From an uncultured Candidatus Binatia bacterium (GTDB taxonomy: Bacteria > Desulfobacterota > Binatia > UBA9968 > JAJDTQ01), in assembly GCA_965215605.1 (NCBI GenBank), contig OZ244070.1, positions 3,168,001-3,232,000 of the forward strand: a DNA stretch of 64,000 bases, read 5' to 3'. The position numbers and the translations under genes are program-made. The number at the start of each line of letters is the position of its first letter. The first letter of the stretch is position 1. The notes under the pieces were generated by a model. The model was not told where the DNA came from and did not search any database. It was given only the letters and a program-made list of their open reading frames with translations. Shown here piece after piece: positions 10,346 through 23,227 of the stretch.

Positions 10346-11071
10346 ATGCGCGTGAGCGGCGACGGCGAAGGAAACGCCCCGTTCGTCGGCATCACCACGT
10401 ACGGTCGCGGCCCGCACAACCGGTACATTCTGCCGGCGGAGTACGTGGACGCGGTGCGCCGGGGCGGCGGCATCCCGTTGCTTCTGCCCCCTGGGGAGGA
10501 GCGGATGGACGCGATCCTGCCGCTCCTCAAGGCGGTGGTGTTCAGCGGCGGCGGCGACCTCGATCCCGACCTCTACGCCGGTCTACACCACGAGACCATT
10601 TACATGGTGGAGCCCGAACGGGACCGCTCCGAGATCGAGCTCGCCCGGCGCGTGTTCGATCTGGGGGTCCCCACCCTGGCCATCTGCCGTGGGACCCAGA
10701 TACTCAACGTCGCCGAGGGCGGGACGCTGATCGAGCACCTTCCCGACGTGGTGGGGGAGACGGTGATCCATCGTGCCCCGCCCCGCGAGCCTGTCGCCCA
10801 CCCTGTGCGCGTGTTGTCGGAGTCACGGCTGGCCGGCGTCCTGGGAGCCACCGACTTCTCATGCATGTCGTGGCACCACCAGGCCATTCGCAAGGCGGCG
10901 CCGGGATTCGAGGTCGTGGCGTATGCCCCGGACGGCACCATCGAGGGTCTGGAGATGCGGTCGCACCCCTGGCTCTTCGCGGTGCAGTGGCACCCCGAGC
11001 TGACCGCGGCCGAAGACCCCGTACAACAGCGCCTGTTCGATGCGCTGGTGGAGGCCGCAGCCGGGAGTTGA
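10346..11071 (+). CDS. Gamma-glutamyl-gamma-aminobutyrate hydrolase family (PuuD-like, peptidase C26)
   Basis: SGGGDLDP..Y, LAICRGTQ, SWHHQA, AVQWHPE class I glutamine amidotransferase triad. Confidence 0.93.
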   Translation: MRVSGDGEGNAPFVGITTYGRGPHNRYILPAEYVDAVRRGGGIPLLLPPGEERMDAILPLLKAVVFSGGGDLDPDLYAGLHHETIYMVEPERDRSEIELARRVFDLGVPTLAICRGTQILNVAEGGTLIEHLPDVVGETVIHRAPPREPVAHPVRVLSESRLAGVLGATDFSCMSWHHQAIRKAAPGFEVVAYAPDGTIEGLEMRSHPWLFAVQWHPELTAAEDPVQQRLFDALVEAAAGS

Positions 11072-11113
11072 GCAAGGTGCCTCCAAAACCACTTCGGGAT
11101 CCAGGTTGTGGTC

Positions 11114-11920
11114 ATGCGTCTTGAGGACAAGGTGGCGCTCATCACCGGCGGCGCCGGCGGCATCGGCCGGGAGACCGCCCTGCTGTTCGCGCGCGAGGGC
11201 GCCCGGGTGGTCATCGCGGATGTGGATGACCGCGCCGGCAAGCGTCTGGCGGGCCGCATCAACCGGAACGGGGGCAAGGCGGTATACGCTCACGCGGACG
11301 TGTCCCGTAGCGCCGACTGCGCCGGGATGGTGGCGGCCGCGGAGGCCGAGTTCGGCGCGCTCCACGTCCTGTTCAACAACGCCGGCATCATGCTGGCCGA
11401 TGACGCCGGCGCGGTGGAGACCTCGGAAGCGGTCTGGGACGCCACGCTGTCGGTGAATCTCAAGGGGGTGTTCCTGGGCTGCAAGCACGGCATCCCGGCG
11501 TTGCGGCGCGCGGGCGGCGGCTCCGTCATCAACACCGCCTCGTTCGTTGCGCTGATGGGCGCCGCCACCCCGCAACTCGCCTACACCGCCAGCAAGGGCG
11601 GGGTGGTGGCCCTGAGCCGGGAACTGGCGGTGATCCACGCCCGGGAGAACATCCGGGTCAACGCGCTCTGTCCGGGCCCGTTGCGCACGGACTTGCTGAT
11701 GAAGGTGCTCGACACGCCCCGGAAGCAGCAGCGCCGCCTGGTCCACATCCCCATGGGGCGTTTCGGAGAGGCCCGGGAGATCGCCCGGGCGGCGTTGTAT
11801 CTGGCCGGCGACGATTCGTCCTTCGTCACCGGCGCCGAGTTCGTGGTGGACGGCGGCATCACCGCCGCCTACGTTACGCCGGAGCCGGCGCGTCCGCGGA
11901 AGGGGAAGAGGAAGGGTTGA
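11114..11920 (+). CDS. Short-chain dehydrogenase/reductase
   Basis: [18 protein letters not shown] (YxxxK), [13 protein letters not shown]. Confidence 0.95.
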   Translation: MRLEDKVALITGGAGGIGRETALLFAREGARVVIADVDDRAGKRLAGRINRNGGKAVYAHADVSRSADCAGMVAAAEAEFGALHVLFNNAGIMLADDAGAVETSEAVWDATLSVNLKGVFLGCKHGIPALRRAGGGSVINTASFVALMGAATPQLAYTASKGGVVALSRELAVIHARENIRVNALCPGPLRTDLLMKVLDTPRKQQRRLVHIPMGRFGEAREIARAALYLAGDDSSFVTGAEFVVDGGITAAYVTPEPARPRKGKRKG

Positions 11921-11928
11921 GGGATCAC

Positions 11929-15609
<3,681 letters not shown>

Positions 15610-15650
15610 AGCAAGGCCGGCATTCCGCCGCCTGCCGCGGGCAATCATCT

Positions 15651-16469
15651 CTACCCTGCGAGAAAACCCTTCACCAGCGCCGCCGTGGTCTCCGGGTCCT
15701 CCGCCTGGGGACTGTGGCCGGCGCCCTTCACCAACTCCACGCCGTCGGAACCGGGGATGCCGGCGGCATAGGCCTCGCCGTGCGACACGGGCACCATTTG
15801 GTCCGCTTCTCCCCACACCACCAGGGTCGGCGCCGCGATGCGGCGCAGGCGGCTTCGCAGCGAGCGGTTGTAGAAGTAGGGGGGACTGAAGCCGAACCGG
15901 TTGGTGAAGCGTATCATCTGGTAACGCCGCAACTCGTCCTCGATGTTTTCGGCCCGGCCGTCGGGGAACAGCGCGTTCCCAACCGGCGCGCGGTCGCTTT
16001 CGAACAGCATGGCCCGCAGTTCCGAGTAGTCGGTGCCTCGCACCGGGTGGGACATCATGAAGATGTCGCCGATGGGCGCCCCGGACACGAACAGGCCCGA
16101 GGCGTCGATGAGCACGAGCTTGCGGACCTTCTCGGGGTGGCGCGCCGCGAGCTCGGCGGCGACCCATCCGCCGACGCAGGTCCCCACCAGATGGAAGCGG
16201 TTGAGCCCCAGGGCGTCGATCACCTCCAGGTAGTGGAACACCAGGTCCTCGGCGGACTCCAGGTACTCGATCTCGTCGGACGCCGCGCACCCCGGATGCG
16301 CCGGGGCGTAGAGCTGGCAGCTCTCCATGAGCTGCTCGTGGAAAGGCATCCAGCCCTCCGTGACCGCGTGCACATCGGCGAATCCGTGGAGGTAGAGGGT
16401 GGGCTCGCCCGCGCCGTCCTCCAGGACCGACACCTTCCGGCCGTTGATCTCCAGGGTCCGTGCGCTCAT
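15651..16469 (-). CDS. Alpha/beta-fold hydrolase with a Cys at the nucleophile elbow
   Basis: YLHGF, PAHPG, GTCVGG, GAGHSP; ATGA-coupled to the LLM gene. Confidence 0.88.
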   Translation of the reverse strand: MSARTLEINGRKVSVLEDGAGEPTLYLHGFADVHAVTEGWMPFHEQLMESCQLYAPAHPGCAASDEIEYLESAEDLVFHYLEVIDALGLNRFHLVGTCVGGWVAAELAARHPEKVRKLVLIDASGLFVSGAPIGDIFMMSHPVRGTDYSELRAMLFESDRAPVGNALFPDGRAENIEDELRRYQMIRFTNRFGFSPPYFYNRSLRSRLRRIAAPTLVVWGEADQMVPVSHGEAYAAGIPGSDGVELVKGAGHSPQAEDPETTAALVKGFLAG

Positions 16470-17713
16470 GCCGTCGCTCCGGCCGCCGCAAGGGTCTCTT
16501 CCATCCTCGGGTAGGCCTTGGCGAAGACCCGTGCCGAGTCTTCCCTCAGGGCCGGCGCCACCTCGGTGGCGAACAGCCGTTGGCTCTTGAGCGCCAGCTC
16601 ACCCGGCATGTTGCCGAGATGGAACTGGATCAGCAGGTTTCCAACCTGCGACTTCTCGATCAGGTCCAGGATCTTCCGGTGCACGGTCTCGGGACTTCCG
16701 ACCACGATGGACTGGGCCTTGTCCAGCTCGTCCCAGTCATTGACGTCCCCCAGCATCGCGCGGTTCGGATCGGAATGCTTCAGGAATTCCTTCCAGGCGG
16801 GGGCCGGGATGTACGGCACGCCGGCGCCGAAGGTGAGCTGGCGTCCTTCCTTGCGCAGGTGGCCCTTGAGGCAGTTGCGCAGGAAGTACCACACGCCCTC
16901 CTCGCACTCCTCCTTGGCCTGGGCGTCGGTCTCGCTCACGTAGGCCGACATCAGGATGCCCATGCGGTACGGCTGGTAGGTGTCGCCGTGGTCTTCCAGC
17001 ACCTTGGAGAACTGCTCACGAGCCCGGTAGGTCTCGCCGCCGTGGCTTCGGGACGAGAGGAAGTAGCAATAGCCGCGCTTGGCCACCTCCGTCAGCGTCG
17101 AGGCGCTACGGGAACCGGGGACCCATATGGGCGGGTGGGGCTTCTGGGTCGGCTTGGGCCAGGGGTTGACGTAGCGGAGCGGATAGTAGCGGCCCTCGTG
17201 ATTGAACGGGCCGTCGTCGGTCCAGGCCCGCACCACCAGGTCCATGGCCTCCCAGAAGCGTTCCCGGGAGGTCACCGAGGGGATGTCGTAGTTGTAGTTT
17301 TCGGGACCGCCTCCGGGGGCGAAGCCGGCGATGATGCGCCCGTTGCTCATGTTGTCGAGCATGGCGTACTCTTCCGCCACCCGGAGCGGGTTGTTGTGAA
17401 GCGGCAGCAGGTTGCCCAGCACACAGATCCTGGCCTTGCTGGAGCGCTGGGTCAGCGCCGCCGCGATGAGGTTCGGTGACGGCATCAGGCCGTAGATGTT
17501 CTGGTGGTGCTCGTTCAGCACGAGCCCGTCGAAGCCGAGCTCGTCCGCGTAGGCGAGTTGGTCGATGTATTCCTGGAACAGGCCGCGGGACTTCTCCGAG
17601 TCCCAAAGCTTGTTGGGAACCGTCACCCAGCCCGTGTCGTACTTCTCGTCGAAGTCCTTGGGCAGGTGGGGATAGGCCATGAAGTGCCAACAGAATAGCT
17701 GTACCGGGTGCAT
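16466..17713 (-). CDS. Luciferase-like (LLM) flavin-dependent oxidoreductase
   Basis: ADELGFDGLVLNEHH, PSPNL, PLRVAEEYAMLD, PWPKPTQKPHPPIW. Confidence 0.95.
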   Translation of the reverse strand: MHPVQLFCWHFMAYPHLPKDFDEKYDTGWVTVPNKLWDSEKSRGLFQEYIDQLAYADELGFDGLVLNEHHQNIYGLMPSPNLIAAALTQRSSKARICVLGNLLPLHNNPLRVAEEYAMLDNMSNGRIIAGFAPGGGPENYNYDIPSVTSRERFWEAMDLVVRAWTDDGPFNHEGRYYPLRYVNPWPKPTQKPHPPIWVPGSRSASTLTEVAKRGYCYFLSSRSHGGETYRAREQFSKVLEDHGDTYQPYRMGILMSAYVSETDAQAKEECEEGVWYFLRNCLKGHLRKEGRQLTFGAGVPYIPAPAWKEFLKHSDPNRAMLGDVNDWDELDKAQSIVVGSPETVHRKILDLIEKSQVGNLLIQFHLGNMPGELALKSQRLFATEVAPALREDSARVFAKAYPRMEETLAAAGATA

Positions 17714-17758
17714 GTGTCCCTCCTGGTGTCAGACCGCGTGAAACGGAATACGTCGAGA

Positions 17759-18325
17759 CTATGTGAAGCTCCGGTTTCGGACTTTCTTTCGCAAGCGGAG
17801 GCGGGTCCAGCCCATCAGCCAGCCAGCCAGGAGCACCCCGGCTCCGGCCAGGAACCAGCGCAGCCGTATGTCCCGCTGCAGATCGGAGCTTTCCTGCTGG
17901 AGCCGTCTGAGCACCCGATTGTCGTTGGAGCTATTCTTGGTCAGCGTCTCGTTCGCGGCCAGGAGTTCCGTGTTCCTGCCGCGCAGCGCCGCGAGTTCCG
18001 TGGCCTGGGACTCTACCTTGGCGGTCAACTCTTCGATCATCCGCAAGGGCGGCGCTTCGCCGGTCAGGAAGCTCTTGAGCACGTAGCCTTGGCGCCCGTC
18101 GGGCAGTACGACGAGGCTGTACTCGCCCTCTTCCGACACCGCCTCCATCTCGTTGCCGGTCTGCAGCACCGCGAGGATACGGTGCTCCACGCTGGGTCCG
18201 GAGCGCAGCATGATCTCGCGGTGGCCGCTGACGTAGGCCTTTTCCGCATGGCAGAGCGAAGCGGACGATAGCACGATCAGGCCCAGGAGCCAGATGCACG
18301 GTTTTCGGCTGCGGCCACGCCTCAT
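17759..18325 (-). CDS. SH3-domain protein (TIGR04211/YgiM-like)
   Basis: Signal peptide, LRSGPSVEHRI SH3b motif, coiled coil, C-terminal WFLAGAGVLLAGWLMG TM followed by basic tail. Confidence 0.88.
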   Translation of the reverse strand: MRRGRSRKPCIWLLGLIVLSSASLCHAEKAYVSGHREIMLRSGPSVEHRILAVLQTGNEMEAVSEEGEYSLVVLPDGRQGYVLKSFLTGEAPPLRMIEELTAKVESQATELAALRGRNTELLAANETLTKNSSNDNRVLRRLQQESSDLQRDIRLRWFLAGAGVLLAGWLMGWTRLRLRKKVRNRSFT

Positions 18326-19200
18326 GCGGTGCCCTCCGACAGGCACCCCATCTGGTTCAAGACCGTGCGCAACATCAGGCTGCCGCGTTCTCCGAGCTGG
18401 CCGGAGACCGAGAAGTGGTGCTTTCCGGGGACCTCCAGGTAGCTGCAGTCCAGGCCCCGCTCCCGGCAGAGGGCGAAGAAGTCCCTGGACATGCCGATCC
18501 AGCCCCGGGTCTCGGCCCCGCCCACCGCCACCACGAACGGGGCCCGGTCCAGGGGAGGATGGAGCATGGCGCTGATCTCCCGTGCGGTATCGGGCGTCAG
18601 GCGGATGTCGTCATTGGAAGAGACGTAGAAGACGGGGTCGGCGTCGTAGACCCCGGTGATGGCCACGGCGGCCTTGATGATGTCCTCGGGCAGGCCGTCC
18701 TCCTCCCAGCGATGGCTGAGGGCCCTGGCTGTCAGGTGCCCGCCGGCCGAGGACCCCGAAAGGTAGATCCGCTCCGGGTCGCCGCCGTACTCGGCGATGT
18801 GGCGATAGACCCATGCGATGCCCTCGCGGGTCTCGCGCATGATGTCGGGCACGGTGACCTGGGGACACAGGTCGTATTCCAGCAGCACCATGGTGGCCCC
18901 GGCCTCGACGAAGGGCTCGGCAATGAAGCTGTAGGCGTCCTTGCTGCCGCCGCGCCAGTAGCCGCCGTGGATGTAGATCTGCACCGGGGCGCCGGCCTGC
19001 TCGGCCGGGAAGATGTCGAGGGTCGTTCGCGGGCGGTCGCCGTAGCGCACGTCGCGGACATGCTTGAGCTTCGCGCGGGTGGCTTCGCTGGCCGCCTCCC
19101 GTTCCAGCGCCAGTTGCGGATATTCGGTCACGGTGGTGCGGGGATTGAACTGGTACTCCATTTCGTCCCGTTTGAAGTCCTTGTAGACCGTCTCCGCCAT
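18322..19200 (-). CDS. Alpha/beta hydrolase, arylformamidase/kynurenine-formamidase-like
   Basis: LDIFP, YIHGGYW, YDLCP, GSSAGGHL, HHFS. Confidence 0.88.
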   Translation of the reverse strand: MAETVYKDFKRDEMEYQFNPRTTVTEYPQLALEREAASEATRAKLKHVRDVRYGDRPRTTLDIFPAEQAGAPVQIYIHGGYWRGGSKDAYSFIAEPFVEAGATMVLLEYDLCPQVTVPDIMRETREGIAWVYRHIAEYGGDPERIYLSGSSAGGHLTARALSHRWEEDGLPEDIIKAAVAITGVYDADPVFYVSSNDDIRLTPDTAREISAMLHPPLDRAPFVVAVGGAETRGWIGMSRDFFALCRERGLDCSYLEVPGKHHFSVSGQLGERGSLMLRTVLNQMGCLSEGTA

Positions 19201-19373
19201 GACGATTCCTCCTTGCTCCGGCGTGTCCGGCCCGGAATCGCTTGCCGCGACCTGCCGGTCCGGAAATGTGTAGCAGATCCGGTCACATGAAGCGAGAACA
19301 ACTTTCCGGTTCCGGCGGCCGAAAGGAGCCCCGGTGCTTGCCACCGGCCGCGCCTTCCCGTAAGGAATTCCGT

Positions 19374-20687
19374 ATGGACATGGCGAGCTATGCGAAGCGG
19401 CGGGAGGCCTTTGCGGACAGCATGGGCGAGGGCGTGGCCATCATCCCGGCGGCACCTCAGGCCACCCGCTCCAACGATGTGGAGTACCGGTACCGGCAGG
19501 ACAACGACCTGCTCTATCTGACCGGGTTCCCGGAACCCAACTGCCTCTGCGTCCTGTCACCGCAGCATGAGCGGGAACGCTTCATCCTGTTCGTGCAGCC
19601 GCGGGACCGGGAAAAGGAGACCTGGACCGGAAAGCGGTACGGGGTGGATGGGGCGCGGGAGGTATTCGGCGCGGACGCCGCCTACACCATCGACCAGGTG
19701 CGGGAGGTTCTGCCCGAGCATCTGGCGCGGACGGACAACGTCTGCTTCGCCCCGGGCCGGGACGAGCGCATGACCGCCTTGATACAGGAACTCATCGACA
19801 ACAGCCGATCCGGGCGCGCCCGCACCGGCCGGGGCGTGGTGTCGCTGGTGGACCCGGCCGCGATTCTGCACGAAATGCGCCTTTTCAAGTCGGCCGGGGA
19901 GCTGGATCTCATGCGCCGGGCGGTGGCTGCGTCCGCCGGCGCCCACGTGGCGGCCATGAGGGGAGTCCGTGACGGCGCCTTCGAATACGAGCTGGAGGCG
20001 TTGCTGGAGTACCACTTCCGCGCGGCCGGCGGCTCCGGTTGGGCCTATCCGTCCATCGTCGCATCCGGCGCCAACGCGACCATCCTCCACTACACCCAGA
20101 ACGACCGCCGCATGCGCGACGGCGACCTCGTGCTCATCGACGCCGGCGCGGAATTCGGCGGCTACTGCTCGGACGTGACGCGCACGTTTCCCGTGGGGGC
20201 GGGCTATTCGCCGCCGCAGCGGCGGGTCTACGACATCGTGCTGCGGGCGCAGAAGGAGGGCATCGCCGCGGTCCGTCCCGGGGCCTCCATGGAGGACGTC
20301 CACAAACGGGCCACCGAAGTCCTGGTGGACGGGTTGCTCGAAATCGGTCTCCTGGAGGGCGAGGCCGGCGACCTCATCGAGAAGGGCGAGCACACCCGGT
20401 TCTACATGCACCGCACCGGCCACTGGCTGGGCCTCGACGTGCACGACGTCGGCCGCTACCGGGTGGACGGCGTCTCACGGCCGCTTGAACCCGGAATGGT
20501 GCTCACCGTGGAACCGGGCCTCTACATTGCCGAAGACCTGGAGCGGGTGAGCGACGACTACCGTGGCATCGGCATCCGCATCGAGGACGACGTCCTGGTC
20601 ACCGAGGAGGGCCACGAGGTGCTGTCGGCCGCCATCCCCAAGGAAGTCGACGACATCGAAGCCCTCCGGAGGGAGGAGGCGCGCTGA
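19374..20687 (+). CDS. pepP: Xaa-Pro aminopeptidase P
   Basis: YRQDNDLLYLTG, ILHY, IDAGAE..YCSDVTRT, HRTGHWLGLDVHD, EPGLY, GIRIEDD. Confidence 0.96.
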   Translation: MDMASYAKRREAFADSMGEGVAIIPAAPQATRSNDVEYRYRQDNDLLYLTGFPEPNCLCVLSPQHERERFILFVQPRDREKETWTGKRYGVDGAREVFGADAAYTIDQVREVLPEHLARTDNVCFAPGRDERMTALIQELIDNSRSGRARTGRGVVSLVDPAAILHEMRLFKSAGELDLMRRAVAASAGAHVAAMRGVRDGAFEYELEALLEYHFRAAGGSGWAYPSIVASGANATILHYTQNDRRMRDGDLVLIDAGAEFGGYCSDVTRTFPVGAGYSPPQRRVYDIVLRAQKEGIAAVRPGASMEDVHKRATEVLVDGLLEIGLLEGEAGDLIEKGEHTRFYMHRTGHWLGLDVHDVGRYRVDGVSRPLEPGMVLTVEPGLYIAEDLERVSDDYRGIGIRIEDDVLVTEEGHEVLSAAIPKEVDDIEALRREEAR

Positions 20688-20734
20688 CACGGGCCAGGGC
20701 CGGATTCGACGCCCTCGGCGCCGGCGCTTTGGGT

Positions 20735-20920
20735 TCAATCGCAGCCGAGACAGCGAACGGTCTGGAAGACGGCCTTTTCGTCAGCGCTGGTGCGGGCGTG
20801 GTCCAGCACGATGCGAAGGGCCTTGGCGGGGTCGGGCAGCTCGTACTTCTTGGCCATGGCGTCCAGCCATTCCTGTTGAACCCGCTCGATCTCCAGGCTT
20901 GCGTTGATCTTGTCCTTCAT
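20735..20920 (-). CDS. Small hypothetical protein (61 aa), ribbon-helix-helix-like with C-terminal CxxC
   Basis: AAGGAG RBS before ATG; beta-alpha-alpha-like pattern; ends RCLGCD. Confidence 0.7.
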   Translation of the reverse strand: MKDKINASLEIERVQQEWLDAMAKKYELPDPAKALRIVLDHARTSADEKAVFQTVRCLGCD

Positions 20921-20938
20921 TCGATGCTCCTTTGCAGG

Positions 20939-23158
20939 TTACGCGCCGGCCGACCACCGGCGGAGTTCTTCCACAAGGGTGATGCCGGGCTCATCATGCC
21001 ACTCGCGGCAAAGGCCCGCCAAGGAACGCTTGAGGGCGGGCAAGGGGTCCGCCGCGGGCGTCATCGCCGCGGTTTCCCGGCGCAGCCACTGGAGTAGCTC
21101 GTCGAGGCCGGCGAACCGGCCATTCCTCATCGCGTCTCGCAGGCGCGGCGCGGTCTCGCCGGCGAAACGCTGCTTGGCCTCCAGATCGACGATGTCGGGG
21201 AGCAGCAGCGCGGCTTCGTCCAGCGAGACGCCGATGTAGGACAGCAGCTCGTTGTAGAGGGATCGCGCCACCCGGTCCGCCCTGCCTCTTACCTCATCGA
21301 GCAGGCCGGTTCCGGCGGCCTCGAGGGGCTGTCCGTCCGGGAGGAGCTGACAGTAGAGCTTGAGCTTGGGCTCGGTGCCGGAGGGCCGGACGGTGATGAT
21401 GAAGTGGTCGGTATGGGCCTGCAGCACGTTCCGCGGCAGCCGGTCGGTGTCGCTCACGATGGGCCCGAAGCGTTCCGTATCCCGGTAGTCGATGAAGCGC
21501 CGCACCGGCTGTCCGGCCAGTTCCCGCGGCGGCGCTGCCCTGAGGCTGGCCATGATCCGGTCCTTCTTCCGGGTCCCCTCCGCTCCTGCCAGCGTGATGC
21601 CGCGGTTGACGTTGTCGTAACCGCCCAGCTCCCGGAGCATCTCGACGTAGTAGTCCAGCATGGTCCGGTCCTCGTCCAACAGCCTCTGGTAGAGGGCTGC
21701 CAGGAACATGCACGCGGGCGTGGCGTCCTTGTCCCGGATGCCGGGCGCCATGACCACGCCGTGGCTCTCCTCCGCGGCGAGCACCAGGTCTTGCGGCGAG
21801 CAGGTGATGTCCTTGTAGCGGCCGGTCCGCTCCAGGGTCTTGAGCACGTCGGCCACGTACTTGAAACCCACCAGCAGGTCGTCGATGAGCCACGAGTCGC
21901 CGGCCTCGGCCACCACCCGCCCGAGCAGGCGGGTGGTCACCAGGGTCTCCATCACCAGCCCCCGGCGCCGCGGGCCCTCCGGGTCCAGCATGAGATGGTG
22001 CCCCAGGATGGCGGCGATCTGGTTGCCGTCGAAGTGGTACCAGGAACCGTCCGCGGTCCGCGCCTCCATGCCGATGCGGTCGGCGTCCGGATCGCTGGAC
22101 AGCACGATGCCGGCGCCGTGGCGATCGGCGAACTCCCGGGCCGGCGCCGTGGCGTGGGGCACCTCCGGGTTGGGCGCCTTGAAGGGAATGGCGGCAAAGC
22201 TGCCGTCCAGCCCCTGGTCCGGGGGAATCAGCAGGGTGAAGCCGAGCCGTTCCAGCACCTCCTTCACCGTGTTCACGCCGCAGCCGCACAGAGGGGTGTA
22301 GACCACCGGCGCTTTTCCGTCCGGGGGACGGAGGTTCCCGTAGAGGCTCAGGTAGGTGTCGATGTAGGCCGCGTGGAGCTCCGGCGGCAGCGGGTGAATC
22401 ATTCCCGAGCGGAGGCCCTGCTCGAAGGGCACCGTCCGCACCTCGGTGGCCCGATCCATGGTGTCCACCAGCCGCTGGTCCTCGGGGGCGATGGGCTGGC
22501 TGCCGTAGGCGTCGTACACCTTGATGCCGTTGTCGTCCGGCGGGTTGTGGGACGCCGACACGTTGACCCCGCCCGCGGCCGCCAGTTGGACGATGAAGCA
22601 CGACAGTTCCGGAGTGCTGGTGACGGCGCGGTCGTCTTCAGGTGCGGCCAGATAAGCGACGATGCCGTTGGCCGCGTAGATCTCGCACGCCAGCCGGGCC
22701 AGGGACCGCGAGGAAACCCCCATGAGGGGATGCCGCGGACCCAGGAACCGGTACGCTCCGGCGTTGTCCGTGAAGACGCGGACGTCGTTGGCCACCACCA
22801 CGCTCAGCGGCCGTTCGGGGGACGGCCCCGTCGCGCGGGGCTCCTCCGGAGAAGTTCCGTTCAGGTAGTTCGAATGGCCCTGGGCGGTCATGGCCACCGT
22901 CGACGGGTTCATCCGGTTGGGGCCGTAGCCCATCGGCCCGCGCCGTCCGCCGGTGCCGAAGGGGAGCACCTGCCTGAAGGCGTCGAACACGAGGGGCAAG
23001 TGTTCGGCTTCGAGGTGCCGGTCGATGACCTCGGGCGCGGCATAGGGAATCTCGCCGCTCATCCACCGGCGCAGCCGCTCCGCCGCCTCCCGTCCGGACA
23101 CGCCGTAGCGGTCCTCCAGCAACGCCGACATCCGTTCCAGTCGCGCGGGGTCGGTCAT
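20939..23158 (-). CDS. Phosphoglucomutase/phosphomannomutase family protein with C-terminal extension
   Basis: FGTGGRRG, SASHNP phosphoserine loop, DPDADR metal loop, VGFKY, EESHG, VRPSGTEPKLK. Confidence 0.95.
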   Translation of the reverse strand: MTDPARLERMSALLEDRYGVSGREAAERLRRWMSGEIPYAAPEVIDRHLEAEHLPLVFDAFRQVLPFGTGGRRGPMGYGPNRMNPSTVAMTAQGHSNYLNGTSPEEPRATGPSPERPLSVVVANDVRVFTDNAGAYRFLGPRHPLMGVSSRSLARLACEIYAANGIVAYLAAPEDDRAVTSTPELSCFIVQLAAAGGVNVSASHNPPDDNGIKVYDAYGSQPIAPEDQRLVDTMDRATEVRTVPFEQGLRSGMIHPLPPELHAAYIDTYLSLYGNLRPPDGKAPVVYTPLCGCGVNTVKEVLERLGFTLLIPPDQGLDGSFAAIPFKAPNPEVPHATAPAREFADRHGAGIVLSSDPDADRIGMEARTADGSWYHFDGNQIAAILGHHLMLDPEGPRRRGLVMETLVTTRLLGRVVAEAGDSWLIDDLLVGFKYVADVLKTLERTGRYKDITCSPQDLVLAAEESHGVVMAPGIRDKDATPACMFLAALYQRLLDEDRTMLDYYVEMLRELGGYDNVNRGITLAGAEGTRKKDRIMASLRAAPPRELAGQPVRRFIDYRDTERFGPIVSDTDRLPRNVLQAHTDHFIITVRPSGTEPKLKLYCQLLPDGQPLEAAGTGLLDEVRGRADRVARSLYNELLSYIGVSLDEAALLLPDIVDLEAKQRFAGETAPRLRDAMRNGRFAGLDELLQWLRRETAAMTPAADPLPALKRSLAGLCREWHDEPGITLVEELRRWSAGA

Positions 23159-23181
23159 TTCGTGCGGTCCGTGTCCGGGCG

Positions 23182-23213
23182 AAAAAAAGGGCGGCCAGGA
23201 AGGCCACCCTTTT
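23182..23213 (-). terminator. Rho-independent terminator after the UbiD gene (possibly bidirectional)
   Basis: Minus strand GGGTGGCC-TTCCT-GGCCGCCC followed by T7; A4/T4 on the other side. Confidence 0.8.
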
Positions 23214-23227
23214 GCGTCCCGTGCCGG

